A DNA stretch of 58,697 nt, the filler included, from Sphacelaria rigidula (Eukaryota): the NCBI GenBank assembly GCA_964200075.2. It is 10 parts of 10 records of this genome, joined end to end, with 100 filler letters (N's around TTAATTAATTAA, not from the genome) between each part and the next. Parts side by side here need not be neighbours in the genome. Positions count along the whole stretch, not along the records: positions 23,521 to 29,300 come from CAXNAA020024522.1; positions 29,401 to 35,180 come from CAXNAA020024523.1; positions 35,281 to 41,060 come from CAXNAA020024524.1; 7 more parts are not named here. The stretch is one strand, 5' to 3'. The translations under genes and the position numbers were made by a program. This document shows positions 24,881 through 36,825 of this stretch, in pieces (position 1 is the stretch's first letter; the number at the start of each line of letters is the position of its first letter). The notes beneath the pieces were generated by a model, which saw only the letters and a list, made by a program, of their open reading frames with translations, made no database searches and was not told where the DNA came from.

Positions 24881-25799
24881 CATCAGCAGACCGGAAGGCG
24901 TTTTCACGGTGATTGCCGCACGAGAGCTCTGACTACCCCAACTTCGGGTGCTGTTGTCGCGTGCAGGACTGTGCTGTTTTGAAAAAGGAATGGCCTTGAC
25001 AGTCCCGCGAGAACGCCGGGAAAACGATTGAAAAAAAAATCGACGGAGGTGAAACTGCCAAAGTTATTGCGCCGCATGTCCAAACCCTGCGTATATTTCG
25101 GCTCAGACTCGTAGTAGACAACTCGAAATTGAACAGCGCAACCGCGTTTTTCTGTTCAGTACCGGTTGACTTGCTTTTAGACTAGAACAACCTCAGCCGG
25201 AACTTTGACGTTATCTACAAGCTTTCTTCACCCACTGCTCACCGCTTCGCACACTAGTATCGGACGTCTTGGCCCGCTAGAGGCCTCGTCTGCATACCAT
25301 CTCAGACACTGAGCGCCTACAGTACGACGTGAATTGTTGTACGGCCACAATTTGTGCAGCACCACCACTTTGCGGCGGCAACCGACTGTAACCAAAATAC
25401 GATTTCAGCCGTTTTTTGCCCCTAATTCCGCCGCACATGTCACCCTCAACTCTCTACACTTCGTAGCTGACTACAGTTTGGTATCTCGTTTGATTGGGAA
25501 CTTGTCGGATCGCAGTGCTACGTGGATTCAAAGACGCGCGCTTATTTTCAGGTCGCTGCGATGTGTCACGGTAGGCATGGCTCGCGATACACCGTGAGTT
25601 AGAACGGGCTGAAGGAAAGTCCGTTTCTTCGGCGGCCCATCCTGCACTGTGACCGTCTTCCTCTTCAACGTTTGCGGTCACTCTTAACAACACCGCTTAT
25701 CGCCTTTCATGTAGGCACACCTTTCTCGCCGCACGCCATATCTTCAACCAACCAAAAATGTCCGCGCCTGCGAAGGGTACGAGCAAACATAAATCAAGC

Positions 25800-26350
25800 A
25801 CTTTACCTCGACAAGAGTCACGACGTCCATTGACCGCTGTGTATCCGTTGCGCCTTTGAGAGCTCGGTTGGGTAGAGGTGCAAAATACGAGTAGGCGGCG
25901 ACATCTGGCCAGTATTCGTAACCCCGTTCCAGGTTGTTCACCTCACTTGAAGTTTCGTTTGGTTGAGTGGTTATCGCACATTAACTGATGCTCGGGGGAT
26001 CGGGATGTAGTCATGGTCATCATCCACAAGATACTGAATCAGACCAGATCCGGATTTTTCAAGTTTAGGATATGTTGTGTCGCCGTTTTGCCACATTCAG
26101 CTTCCGCCACAACGCCCTAGAATGGCCTCCTTGTAGTCTACGCGCGACGTCTCAACGCTGGGAACACCTCCCCATCCTGACCCCGTCATTCTCTGATGAA
26201 AAAGTCTTACTCTGGTCCTTGTTGCGGCGTCCTGGGCACTATTCCCGTCGATATATTCCATCATGAGCACCTGCGGGGGGTGGTTACGCACAAGATGGTG
26301 CGCGCGCCGACCTTAGGGTGCAACATGAAACGACCTACGTCGTAGTTATG
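25800..26350 (-). pseudogene. Degenerate protein kinase fragment
   Basis: Motifs in kinase order across frameshifts: VGRFMLHPKV (III-IV), VLMMEYIDGNS (V), YLVDDD (after VIb), YSYFAP...MDV (VIII-IX). Confidence 0.35.
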
Positions 26351-27772
26351 CCCGGAACAATTGAACAGCAAGAATAACGATCGACAGTAGCCGTCACTTC
26401 GCTGAAAGCAGGTGACAGGAGACACTACACACCAAAAAAATGCCATTTTCCCCTGTAATTTGATTCAAGATGTGGTGTGACCATTCACAATCGATCGAAA
26501 GCTTGTGACCTCGCGGACATACGCCCGTTTAATTATCTGCACAGTTAACAGACAAGCCGATATTGCGGAAAGCGCATTTCAACATACGAGCTTTTTGGTC
26601 CGGTCTTTTCGGAGACACAAACACTCCGTGCTCGCAGGGGCACCGCGGCACCACTTCTGGAGATCCTCGAGATTGTTGCTTAACCTTGGGGCAGCCTCTC
26701 GGTGGACCCTTTCACACATCGGACAGCCCATAACGCTACCTAAATGACTAACCAAAGAGGACTCCCGCACCCCTTGTCCAAGCACACAAAATACGTGACA
26801 GCAGGGTCAGAGAAGCCAAAGCTCTACCTTCGCGTGACTCCGCGTGCTCGGTGTCCAGCGCTGCAGGGAGCAGATGTGAAAAAAAAACGGCGCCAAATGA
26901 GCTAGCTCGTGATCCGGATAATCAGACTAATAACAAGAAATACCGTAATTGTGCGAGTCATCGCACACCCCCTGGACCGAATTTCAAAGCTCGATAACTC
27001 CACAACAAGAAGAGCATCAGTGCTGAAAAGGGTGACGCTTGAAATATCTCGCCGATAGCTGTACGAAAACGCGTCGTTTGGTATTGGCACCCTCTTCGTC
27101 ATGGATTAATCGAGCCTTGAAATTCGGTCCAGGGGGTGTGCGATGACTCGCACAATTACGGTATTGAGGTTGGTCATGAGCTGTCCGACTTGTGGACCCT
27201 TTACACCACTGTCACCCAGTTGGGGCTTCAGCCACTCACAATTTCATGCTTGCCGCGGGCATGGCTGCCAATGTCCCTCACCAGCGCGAAGGGGTCTGCA
27301 ACCTGTCCATCTTCAGACCTCTCTCTTCCCATACATTATTATCAATACAGTAACAAATTGACTGCATTTCCACTTTCGCGAGATGAAGTCTCGATGCAGG
27401 CTCATCGGCCCACGAAATGACATCGGGGTGGTGTAGGCTCTAATGGCACCTAATATGTACAATCGTCTTCACACGACTGCTCACCCATCTCCAAAGTTTT
27501 GTGGACGTCGTGGGCCACCTGTTGTATGGACGCATTCAAATCATTCAGTGCACTAACATTCGGGCAGGACATGTGGCGAACTTGGTTCGCCAGCCGGCTT
27601 CGAAGAGGCTGGACCAACGTGCACATGGCCCATTTCTGTCCCTGATCCGAGGTATCAGACACTACCCCCTCCCACCTTGGAACGAATGCCTTAATAATAT
27701 CACGTGCCGTGGCGCTTTTTTTTCATTCTCGTGACGTCACGTCTTGAAATAACGGCTTTGCGCCTCTTCCAG

Positions 27773-29086
27773 GGTGCGAGCGATAACGGATGGATCTGTC
27801 CACCATGACCGGAGCGACCCCATTTTCAACTTTCTGTTCGAATATTACCATTTCAAGCCCAGGATTCTGCTGCAATGGACGCCCGGAATCGACGTGTTCT
27901 TGCTGGGCGCCGACCCGACTCTGAAAGGTGCCGTCATTAGCCTCGCAGGGTCCAACAGGGGCTGTTAGCACGGCTGGCTGTACAGAGAGCACATTCAGTA
28001 GATCACAGTACTTTTCATCGTAAGTGTGACGCAGCGAGACCTCTTCGCTTCCCGGCCCATTCGGGAAGCCAGAATAGTATAGACCAACGACAATTCCCCC
28101 CCCCCGCCCCCCCCCCAATGGTCGTTCTAAGCTCCGCTTCGCTTCGAGGGCAGGGTGGGGCAGGGCAGGGCAAGGTTTTCACTCGTACGGAAATGACAGT
28201 TTGCGTCACCCCCAGCGTTTTATTATTGTCACTGGCTCCGAAGTGGTCCTCGGTGCCACTGTTTGACCGTCCGACCAACTCACGACACCTCGTACTCGGA
28301 CCCTTTCGATAGTGAAGAGTGCGGGACCCTTTAGTCACTTCATGAATGGAGAAACTGTATACACCAAAACCTGGACTGAAATGAAATGGATTACGTGACG
28401 CTCACAATCGTTTACTCTAATAATCTCGCTTATATGACCACGCCTGGATTCCCGGACGATCAGTTCATGTGCGATAATCAATCATTCAATCAACCTCTAC
28501 CCCTCCAATCCCACCCAACATGAGGTACACAATGAACCCTTAGGCACGGGAGGATCCACCCTGGATACTGTACATCAGACCTTCAAAAACGCAATTTCAT
28601 CTGACGGCGACAAAAATACACACACTGACATAGGTATACAAGTATACGTTTATTCCCGAGTCTCCTGTCATCGAGCGAGTGCTTCCGTTTCATCGCGTTG
28701 GGGTACGTCTGTCTAAGGACCCCGACTCGGTTCGTAGCGGGTCATAAAGTACTTAATCAAGGATCCAACCGTTTCCTCCGTCTCCACCAATCACGCATAT
28801 GTGCGCAAAAAACAACACAGGGAGCCCACTGCCACAAAAAGGATGGGAGCCAGGATCCACGGGACACGGCGCAGGAGGGGGGCGGTACAATCCGCTCAAT
28901 ATCGGCGAAAAGAGCCGGCGTGCAATTAAATGGCAGCGCGACTTTCTGCTCGCTTCGAGCGCGAGACCTCCGGTCTTCCACTGCTTCGGCTTGCACGAGT
29001 GGGCCATGCTCTATCGCCCCCCCGGAGCGGAGGAGGACAGACGTAGTATTCATCAGGCGCTGCCGTTGCGAGTGTCACAGCAAGAG
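27773..29086 (+). CDS. Two exons (27773-27927, 28821-29086) of a conserved protein of the 'CFGLHEWAM' family, often annotated in Actinobacteria as 3-methyladenine DNA glycosylase-like
   Basis: DPIFNFLFEYYHFKPRILLQWTPGIDVFL then FLLASSARPPVFHCFGLHEWAMLYRP...HQALPLRVSQQE. Splice phases are compatible (phase 1) with canonical GT-AG. Confidence 0.8.
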
Positions 29087-29162
29087 GTGGGATGTGAAGA
29101 CGTGTCGCTTGTTGAAGTCGTTCCGTGGGGGGAGGGAGGGAGGGAGGGAGGGGAGGGGGGGG

Positions 29163-29203
29163 CGCGTACTCATTTGTTGCTTGCCTTAGTCGTTTGACCA
29201 TTG
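29163..29203 (-). mobile_element. Very short LINE family A 3'-end insertion within a G tract
   Basis: CGTACTCATTTGTTGCTTGCCTTAGTCGTTTGACCATTG with G-runs on both sides; a second GTACTCAT terminus follows at ~29216. Confidence 0.75.
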
Positions 29204-29959
29204 GGGGGGGGGGGGGTACTCATCATTCGGTTTCCTTTTGGCGTTGGCCAGATGGGCTGGGCTCCCTACAAAACCGCGGCGGCGGCCGCCGGGTGTTTGC
29301 NNNNNNNNNNNNNNNNNNNNNNNNNNNNNNNNNNNNNNNNNNNNTTAATTAATTAANNNNNNNNNNNNNNNNNNNNNNNNNNNNNNNNNNNNNNNNNNNN
29401 GATAGGGGGGGGGGGCGTGGGAAACAAGAGAAACCCACGAACTGGTTTTCATTCCCTACTCTCAAATACACAAAGAACTTCGAACTGCTTGTTTCTCAAC
29501 TACTACTGGGGGGACTGACTGATCGATTGCTTGAGACAACAGACTCGTCCAGTGAAAGGACAGGGGTGTTATTAGAAATACGACGGGCGTGAAAAAAAAA
29601 AGACGTGGGGGTACTGTGGTGAAGGGTGATGAAAAAAACATTGTTTTCGTGAAAACGAGAGTTCCGCGTTGATTGAGAGTGGATTTTATTATTCGCTTTG
29701 TGCGTGTTTTCATTTCCCTTCAACACTACCGTCTGCTTACTTACAGCTACGCGCCGATATCCTCCCCAGAAATGTCGACGGCTGGCTCGGTGGCAAACTA
29801 CCCCAGAAGGTGTATCGGGCCTCGTGGAGGGGCACTTCGGAACTGAAAAAAAGAACATTAATGAATTATTTCATTGACCGTTCCCCACTCTCGATCGTAT
29901 CCGGGACCACTCTCAATCTCACAAAATATTTCAAGGGTCGGACAAGAGATTATTCGTCT

Positions 29960-30080
29960 GGAAATCACTTGGTTTTAGTGTAATTGATTCGAAGCGTACG
30001 AATCAATCCCCTAGGCTTTGTTCAGCGTTGCAACCCAGGTACACGCAGCCCAGACACGTGGAATGGCGCAAAAGTTGCAT
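29960..30080 (+). repeat. Dispersed repeat (family D); second copy at ~43790-43910
   Basis: TTTTAGTGT(A/G)ATTGATTCG...TACGAATCA...CAGCGTTGCAACCCA...CACGTG.AATGGCGCAAA is shared by both copies. Confidence 0.75.
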
Positions 30081-30223
30081 GGATGCCCCTTGGATCAGCG
30101 ACCGACTTTTTCCTCCCTTTTGGGCAATCAGGCCGAAGAAATCGTGAATTTTGGTGATTTTAAGTCGTGGTGATGATTCGTCCTAACCGTGAAACAGTCC
30201 TCAATAGTGGTCGTACGTGGTAC

Positions 30224-31695
30224 CTCCGCTTTTCGCTTCGTCTCCTCTTCCTGCAGTTTTAGTTTAGCTGTCTCTTGTCTGGCAAACGCCTGCTGCTCCC
30301 TGAGCAGCGCCTCCCGCTCTCGTTGTTCCCGCAATAGCCTTTCGCTCTCCTGCAGTATAGGTGGATTGATACAAAAGTAGATGGATAGACATCAGATGAC
30401 AGAAAGCGGATAGCAGATAGCCTATTTTTATGTGTCTTCGACTTTACCCGTTCTCGTCCTTGTTCTTTGAAACAAATACTAACAAATACTACAATAGAGG
30501 ATTTGTCCACACCCTAGACTATAGAATAAACAATCAAAAAGTGTATTGCATACAGTATCGACTACTGCGCCTATTGCATTAGACAATATATTCCATACTG
30601 TACACAGTACATTTTTTTACACTAGAATCTTTTGTCCAGGGTGTGGATTTATCCATGGTTGATGGCCCGGTTAACCCCACTTCTTCAGGTCATGACGTGC
30701 AGTTTTCAATCAATATATATATTTTCTTCAAATCGAGAAGAAAGTTGCTGCGCTATATATGATACGTATTTTACCCTAATTTGGCGGTGTTTTCCGTGTG
30801 AAAAAATAAAAAATCAATGACTGGCGAGGAAGGAGGAGAGGGTATTGAAAGTAATTTCCTAGTTATTTGGCTGTTGGCAGAGTGACAACAATGACAAGAA
30901 TAAAAAGCTTGCATATATACATATATATATCAACTCAACCCAACAAATTGAGAGAAATAAAACGGCTCTTTGTCATTCAACTGTCCGATCAAACCTTACC
31001 GTCTACCACTTCCGGGCTCTTTCGAGCAACTAATTGATGACTGTGAGCTCTGTAGACAGACTCGCTTCGTATCGGAAACATGACATCTATATAATTATAT
31101 ATATATATATATATATATTCAAAATGTGTCTTATCCAAGCGTGATCAGGACTGTGAGGGCCGTGTCATGACGAAGCAATAGCCGCCGCGCCCGTTCGGTC
31201 TATATTGTCTTCCCCTCGTCCAAAAAACAAAATCCAAAACGAAATGCAACCAACCATCCCATCCCCAATCACTAATTAATAAATTTACAATATATAAATA
31301 ATTTTTTTAGTATGTGAAATATAATGCATGATATTTATACAATTAAACTGGCAAAATTGACACAGTTAGGTTCCACCGTGGATGATGACAACATTGACCG
31401 CGGCTGGGCCCCTGGGGATTAGTTGGCGTGCGGTCACTATCCACGATCGAATCGAATCAAATCAATTTCACCGACGTGCCTGCCTTTTCCCCATTTATCA
31501 CTTCGGGAGAATATCTACTGGAGGTGATAATATTCATGGGTGCAGACAGATACAAAAAAAAACATAGCCGACTCACCCGTTTCTTCTCCTCGAATCGACG
31601 CATATTTGCCTCTTGTTGACGAAGTTGTTCCTGCCGCCGCTCCTCTTCTATTACTCGCTGCTTGTCTTGCTGAAAACACCACCACCACCACCACC

Positions 31696-31727
<32 letters not shown>

Positions 31728-34180
31728 CAACAAAAACGATGGTAAGGACGGGCAAACACGAAGTCATGATACTGCGCTAAAACCGACTGGCAGTATTTGT
31801 CCATCACATATACCGTAAGTTCTTCCGAGTATATCTCCACATGAATGTGTGTGTATATATGGTATATCCATGCACGGCAACCAATGAACACCATAGATCG
31901 TCAGTGGTCTTGTGACGGGGATGAGTGCGTGGGTGTTTGTGGGTGGCCAATTCCATGCTGACACAAGAAGGCAACAGCATATCCATTACACTCAGAGCAA
32001 CCAATACATATTGTCTGCCCCTTGTCCAAAAACAAAAAATTAACTGAACAGCCGAATCAATTTTGTATCATACAGGGTGCCTTCCCCTTCTCCAAAACAA
32101 CCGAAAACATTATTTACTTATGAACCAAGCACAAAATATAAAACCCTCCCAACCCACCAAGCTCATCATTAAGATATATACATGATTCATTACAACATAA
32201 AAATACGAGATATTATTTCTTCTTTTTCAAGAATATCCAGTTGGCAGTAGCTCCACGACCGGTTTGAACCCCCCCCAAAATGAGTATCAACGACCACTGC
32301 AAATGCGCTCCCTAGGTTTTGTACAAGGCCATGCCGTAAAGAACGTCGTTCATTCGACCTAGGACTTCGTAGGAATTTCAGAAATCACACAGGTGGAGCA
32401 CATGTACACTCTGGCCATGATTTGTCTCGTGCCACAGGTGCAGAAAACTCTTTCAGGATGCCACATGAGCCAATTCTAAAAAAGTCACCGGCTTGAAGAG
32501 GCAAACTCAACATGCAGATTATAATCAAATACAACAAGCCGAGCACGCCGAGCAGCTAGGAGCCCCCACGCCTGGCATATTCTTCTCCTATCCCGCGCAC
32601 ATGAGGCGAAGCTTCATGCAGTCTCAACACAATCATCATGTGCTGCATGGTCATCTTCGTGACAAATTTGAGAGGGGGAGGGGCGTCACACTCTCTGGCT
32701 TTGAACCCCTCCTCGATGATGTACCCGCCATAAATACATGTAAGTTACAAGACCATGCATGTGTTGATTTTTCAGGGGCGTTTTTTTCACGGATATCAAG
32801 CATGCGTTCTTCACTTACCCAACATCAGCTCAGGAACAGCAATATGCTACAGACCGCGCGACCCTCTTTGACGTGGTCGACCGTCGCAATCTGCTTCGTC
32901 GGGAATCGGGTGTGTTCTCGAGCTGAGTGCGAGCTAAAGCGCAAAACATCACTACATATTTATATCCACTCCAACTAATAAGAAACACTCCGGCAGTCTG
33001 TGGTTTGAGTCTGCTGTGGATACTTTCCTCCGCTCTCTCGTGATCGTCACGCACAGTACAAAATATTTTTCATCCTGCATTCGAGCGACTACTCCCTCAC
33101 AGACTGTGCATGTGGTGATGCATCAAAATTTGGGAACTTTCGTAATATGCGAGAGAAGATGCAAAAAAACGAAAAACGGCTCCTTCTCATCTCCGTGCAC
33201 AATTTTCAAGACTCTCCACGGCTGCTTTAGTCGTCGTTCCGTACCACATCTTCAGGCCATCGTGGGCCACCGCATCTCCTTCGCGCCGCGCTGTACGACA
33301 TGGTTGATGCTGGAGTGTCTGCGGTGGTAGACAATTGAATCAACTCCTTCTTTGCTGCCTTTTCGAGGCGACTCTTGCAAATCAAAGTACTTTTTTTTTT
33401 CTCGCTAGACCACCAGAGCGCGGCGCCATACAATCGAATCAATTCCTTCTTTGCCGCCTTTGTTGGGGCAGGCGGCGGAAGCGCGGATTCTTCGGCTCAT
33501 TTTTTCTCACAAATATCTGATTCCCCCGAGATTGAAAGCGTGAGGACGTGAATACAGTAGCAGAGAAGAGTCCCTTCGGCTGAACTTGTCAAACGCAGCC
33601 AACGCGGTGCTGGCAGTACTGGTCATGATCCATTTCACGATACCAGAATGTAAGGAATGTACCAACAGATAGATATATGGAGTGATCATCGCCAAGACAG
33701 CGGAGTCGTCCCGAGGAGGGGGGAGGAAGTGAGTAATGAAAAAAAAAAAAGTTATTCAATACCCTTGGGTATGATCTCGACCGACCACAACAAACCTACA
33801 GTTACATGGGGGAATCCATACGCATTCACATCGCTTTAGAGTTGAAAAACAATGAGAAAGATAAGTGCGATAATACTTTCAACCCATGACGAACGAGTGC
33901 GTGAGCACACATCCATGCCATCAGTTCCCGTTTATGCGTTGGCATTTGCGTGGGGGGGGGGGGGAAGGGGGGGGTTCGTTGAAGACTTCAAGACACGTCA
34001 TCACCAAAAATTATAGGAGGAGGGGTAGTGGGTATTAAATTAGATGAACCGGCAGGGTTCAACTCAAATCACAGCCTCTTGTGTGTATGTGTGTGTGAAG
34101 AAGTGTCAAGGCGTTCTAGAGTCGCATGGATCACAGATGTAACGAATCGCCGGATCTACGATTTCTCAGGCCTGATTGCT

Positions 34181-34244
<64 letters not shown>

Positions 34245-35052
34245 GACCGCGGGTCAAAGAAGTCTCGACGCAATTTTGCGATATTATGCCCTGTACAGAT
34301 AAGGGTATATGTCCGGAAGCGCGAATTTCCACCTTCAAAACCGTGGTCGGAAGCAGGAACGTTTGTTGCGGACACGCTTGTCACCAGTAAGACACACTCA
34401 ACTCAAACCACTTGATGACACCGTTTTCACCCGAATGGAAACGCACTGCGAGTAGTTTGGTCGTCTGATACACCGGTGAGCCCGTGTTCTTCGTGCAATC
34501 AACCCCCTCTCCCTCCCCCGACCCGACCCTCTGTATCGCAGCATCACTTTCATCTAAGGACGCAACATCACAGATGTAATACCACTCTTCGCTGTGTTCA
34601 AGGTCCGTGTCCCCCCCGGCGTGCGCAATGTCTGCGGTCTGCAGATTGAGACGGGCGAAATCTTCCCTTGGTTTTCATTGCGTATTTTACCACCGAGGAT
34701 AGACGATTTAAGTGACATCTAGAGTCGCACCACCACTGATCACCACGCTCGAATACTCCATAATCCACGATATGTTTATGTGGATATGTTCACCGCTTTT
34801 TATTATGGTAGAATGAAATTAGATGGGTGTGATGGCATTGAAAACGCCCCCCCCCCCCGTTCCTGTCCAAGGCAAGCAACAAATGAGTACACCCCCCCCT
34901 TCCTGTCTCATTTTAATCATCACCTCCTCTGACCGTCGCCGCTCCGCCTTTTCAACTATAGTCTTTGCTCGCTCTGCCATGTCGAACGCTTCCTTTTCTC
35001 GCCCCTCCAGCACCATTGCGGCCTTGGCTGCCTGCTTCTCTCGATTTTCCTT
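30224..35052 (-). CDS. Three phase-0 exons (34924-35052, 31577-31669, 30224-30349) of an E/R/K/Q-rich coiled-coil protein
   Basis: KENREKQAAKAAMVLEGREKEAF...RRSEE | QDKQRVIEEERRQEQLRQQEANMRRFEEKKR | ESERLLREQREREALL...KRKAE. All have canonical AG/GT ends and lengths divisible by 3. Confidence 0.8.
30508..30645. mobile_element. MITE family E copy
   Basis: CACACCCTAGAC...GTCCAGGGTGTG; homologous to 3438-3584. Confidence 0.7.
31677..31732. repeat. Compound (CAC)n(AAC)n microsatellite
   Basis: Directly visible, next to the exon acceptor. Confidence 0.95.
33200..33660 (-). pseudogene. Degenerate Ty3/gypsy-like integrase zinc-binding (H2C2) region
   Basis: Across frameshifts: GIVKWI...IFVRK...RR..AAKKELI(R/Q)L..HRRHSSINHVVQRGAKEMRWPTMA.DV...AVESLENC, resembling H-H...WP.M..DV...V..C..C. 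Confidence 0.4.
34182..34238. repeat. (GA)n microsatellite
   Basis: Directly visible. Confidence 0.95.
34869..34899 (+). mobile_element. LINE family A 3'-terminal fragment
   Basis: AAGGCAAGCAACAAATGAGTACACCCCCCCC, preceded by a C-run at ~34847-34858. Confidence 0.7.
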
Positions 35053-35104
35053 CTGCTCGGTGGGAGGCAGTATGTACAGTGACGGGGCCGGCGGGCCGGC
35101 GGGA

Positions 35105-35180
35105 GGGGAGGCGTACTCATGATCATGCATGCCATAGTCATGAGACCATTGACCTCGCATCCCTACAATGCCGGGACGGA
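35105..35180 (-). mobile_element. Family B 3' end (cut by the contig end)
   Basis: GGCGTACTCATGATCATGCATGCCATAGTCATGAGACCATTGACCTCGCATCCCTAC...GGGACGGA. Confidence 0.8.
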
Positions 35181-35280
35181 NNNNNNNNNNNNNNNNNNNN
35201 NNNNNNNNNNNNNNNNNNNNNNNNTTAATTAATTAANNNNNNNNNNNNNNNNNNNNNNNNNNNNNNNNNNNNNNNNNNNN

Positions 35281-35399
35281 AAGCAACAAATGAGTACGCC
35301 CCCCCCTCCCCCTGGTCCGGCGACAACCCAGCGTGCTCCGTCCCGGCTTTTGACGCGAGGTCAATGATCATGAGTACACCCCCTCCCCCTCCCCCCCCC
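35281..35399 (+). mobile_element. Tandem family A and family B 3' ends, each followed by a C-run
   Basis: AAGCAACAAATGAGTACGCCCCCC, then CCTGGTCCGGCG...GTGCTCCGTCCCGGC...GATCATGAGTACACCCC. Confidence 0.8.
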
Positions 35400-35419
35400 G
35401 AACCAGCCCAAAACTGCAG

Positions 35420-35501
35420 TCGCAAAAAAGGCTTCGAGCCGCATGAAGCGCTGTATATGGGCGACATAGACGTGAATGAAGCCAAGCGTTGGAATTCCCA
35501 G
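35420..35501 (+). CDS. Possible internal exon, unknown protein
   Basis: ctgcag|..RKKGFEPHEALYMGDIDVNEAKRWNSQ|gtgctc. Confidence 0.45.
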
Positions 35502-36572
35502 GTGCTCGTTGTGCCCCGCTTTTTTCATTTCATTTCATTTCACGTGTAGATTTTGCCTCCCCAAACCAACCATTTTTTGTGGGACTTTCGTAAAAGGTGC
35601 CCAGGACACGGTGTGAACTCCTTCTTACTCGTATGCCAAGAGCTCCCACGAACTCTGTCTAACTAAGGCCCCGTACTTGATGGATTCAAGTCAAGATGAA
35701 CTCTGACCGGAGATGGGGAAGAGGTCATCATGCTTGGTGATTCTCCAGGCGAAGTTCAGGGTGCTAAACCCTGTTTAGGCCCGTGACTGATGGAGGGTGA
35801 GTTGACATCGACCGGTACGACTTTCGAATCGAGAGCGCTCGTTCTACCCAGCGTCAGAGATGAAAATCGAACGGAATAAAAAGTTGGATACGATTTTGTA
35901 AGATATCGACCAAAAAAGTCAATATCGATATTTTTGTCGATACTCGGAAAATAGCCAAACTACTTTCTGGTTTTCTGGGCCTTCGACCGTCTTGTATGAC
36001 AACTAATCCGTATTTGTACAAATATGTGGATTTCAGCCCATTGCCTTTCGGTACACCGGCTGACGGTCGCGCGGGGCACATGTAACCCTGTACTGCACTA
36101 TTTTTGTAGAAAATCAACACTTTTTTGTGTAAAACAGGCCAGTACGATACTGGCTGTACCGTCTGCATACCCGGAGTGTGTGCGTCGGACGCAAGTCTAC
36201 ACTTTTCGGCAGATGCATGTGAGGGCATTAAGGGGGGTCGCGGAAGGAAGGTCAACGCAAGGGTCTTTACTTTCTTATTATTTTTATCACCTCAACTATG
36301 CATCTACTTGATATGCTAGCATAATTTCTGCCAAAGTTCCGCCTTGTTGGCATTAATAGCATAGCGTTTCAGCAAATAGCATCACCGAGCATAATTTTTT
36401 ACCGTAGGGTTGGGAACACGGGTCTAATTACTGGCCTGCTGTGATATTTTGGGCGAAAAACTCTGCTATCATCGAGTGCGGGTCTGAAATACGTGTATAC
36501 TCTGGAACTAGTCATTCAAACTGCGAGTCTAATAGATCGCAGGTCTGAAGAACGTTTTTCATGACAGCACAC

Positions 36573-36825
36573 CATACGTCGGACGAGCACGAGTGTCACT
36601 CGTGGCACTCGCACTCGTTGGGCTGCTCGTTGGCCGAAAAATTAATAGGGCGAGCACTCCAGTCATTGCTCGTTGTGCAAACAAATGAATGGGGCGAGCA
36701 CTCGAGTCATTGCTCGTTGTGGAAACAAATGAAAAGGGCGAGCACTCGAGTCATCGCTCGTTGTGTATTCGAAGAACATCCACGGGTGCGCTCGTCTCGA
36801 CGAGTGATGACTCGTCCGACGTATG
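36573..36825. mobile_element. hAT-type MITE: 15-bp perfect TIR, 8-bp TSD, internal ~44-bp tandem repeats
   Basis: CAGCACAC|CATACGTCGGACGAG...CTCGTCCGACGTATG|CAGCACAC, with three units of GGGCGAGCACTC(G/C)AGTCAT(T/C)GCTCGTTGTG. Confidence 0.9.

Noticed and set aside
27569..27651. Upstream exon of the CFGLHEWAM gene
   Set aside because: AG/GT ends exist, but the phase-compatible frame shows no similarity to the expected family N-terminus.
35105..35399. Apparent inverted repeat of family B spanning the gap
   Set aside because: The two halves are on different, artificially joined contigs.
36645..36765. CRISPR-like array of palindromic repeats
   Set aside because: Only three units, near-identical ~14-nt 'spacers', located inside a hAT MITE, eukaryotic context and no cas genes.
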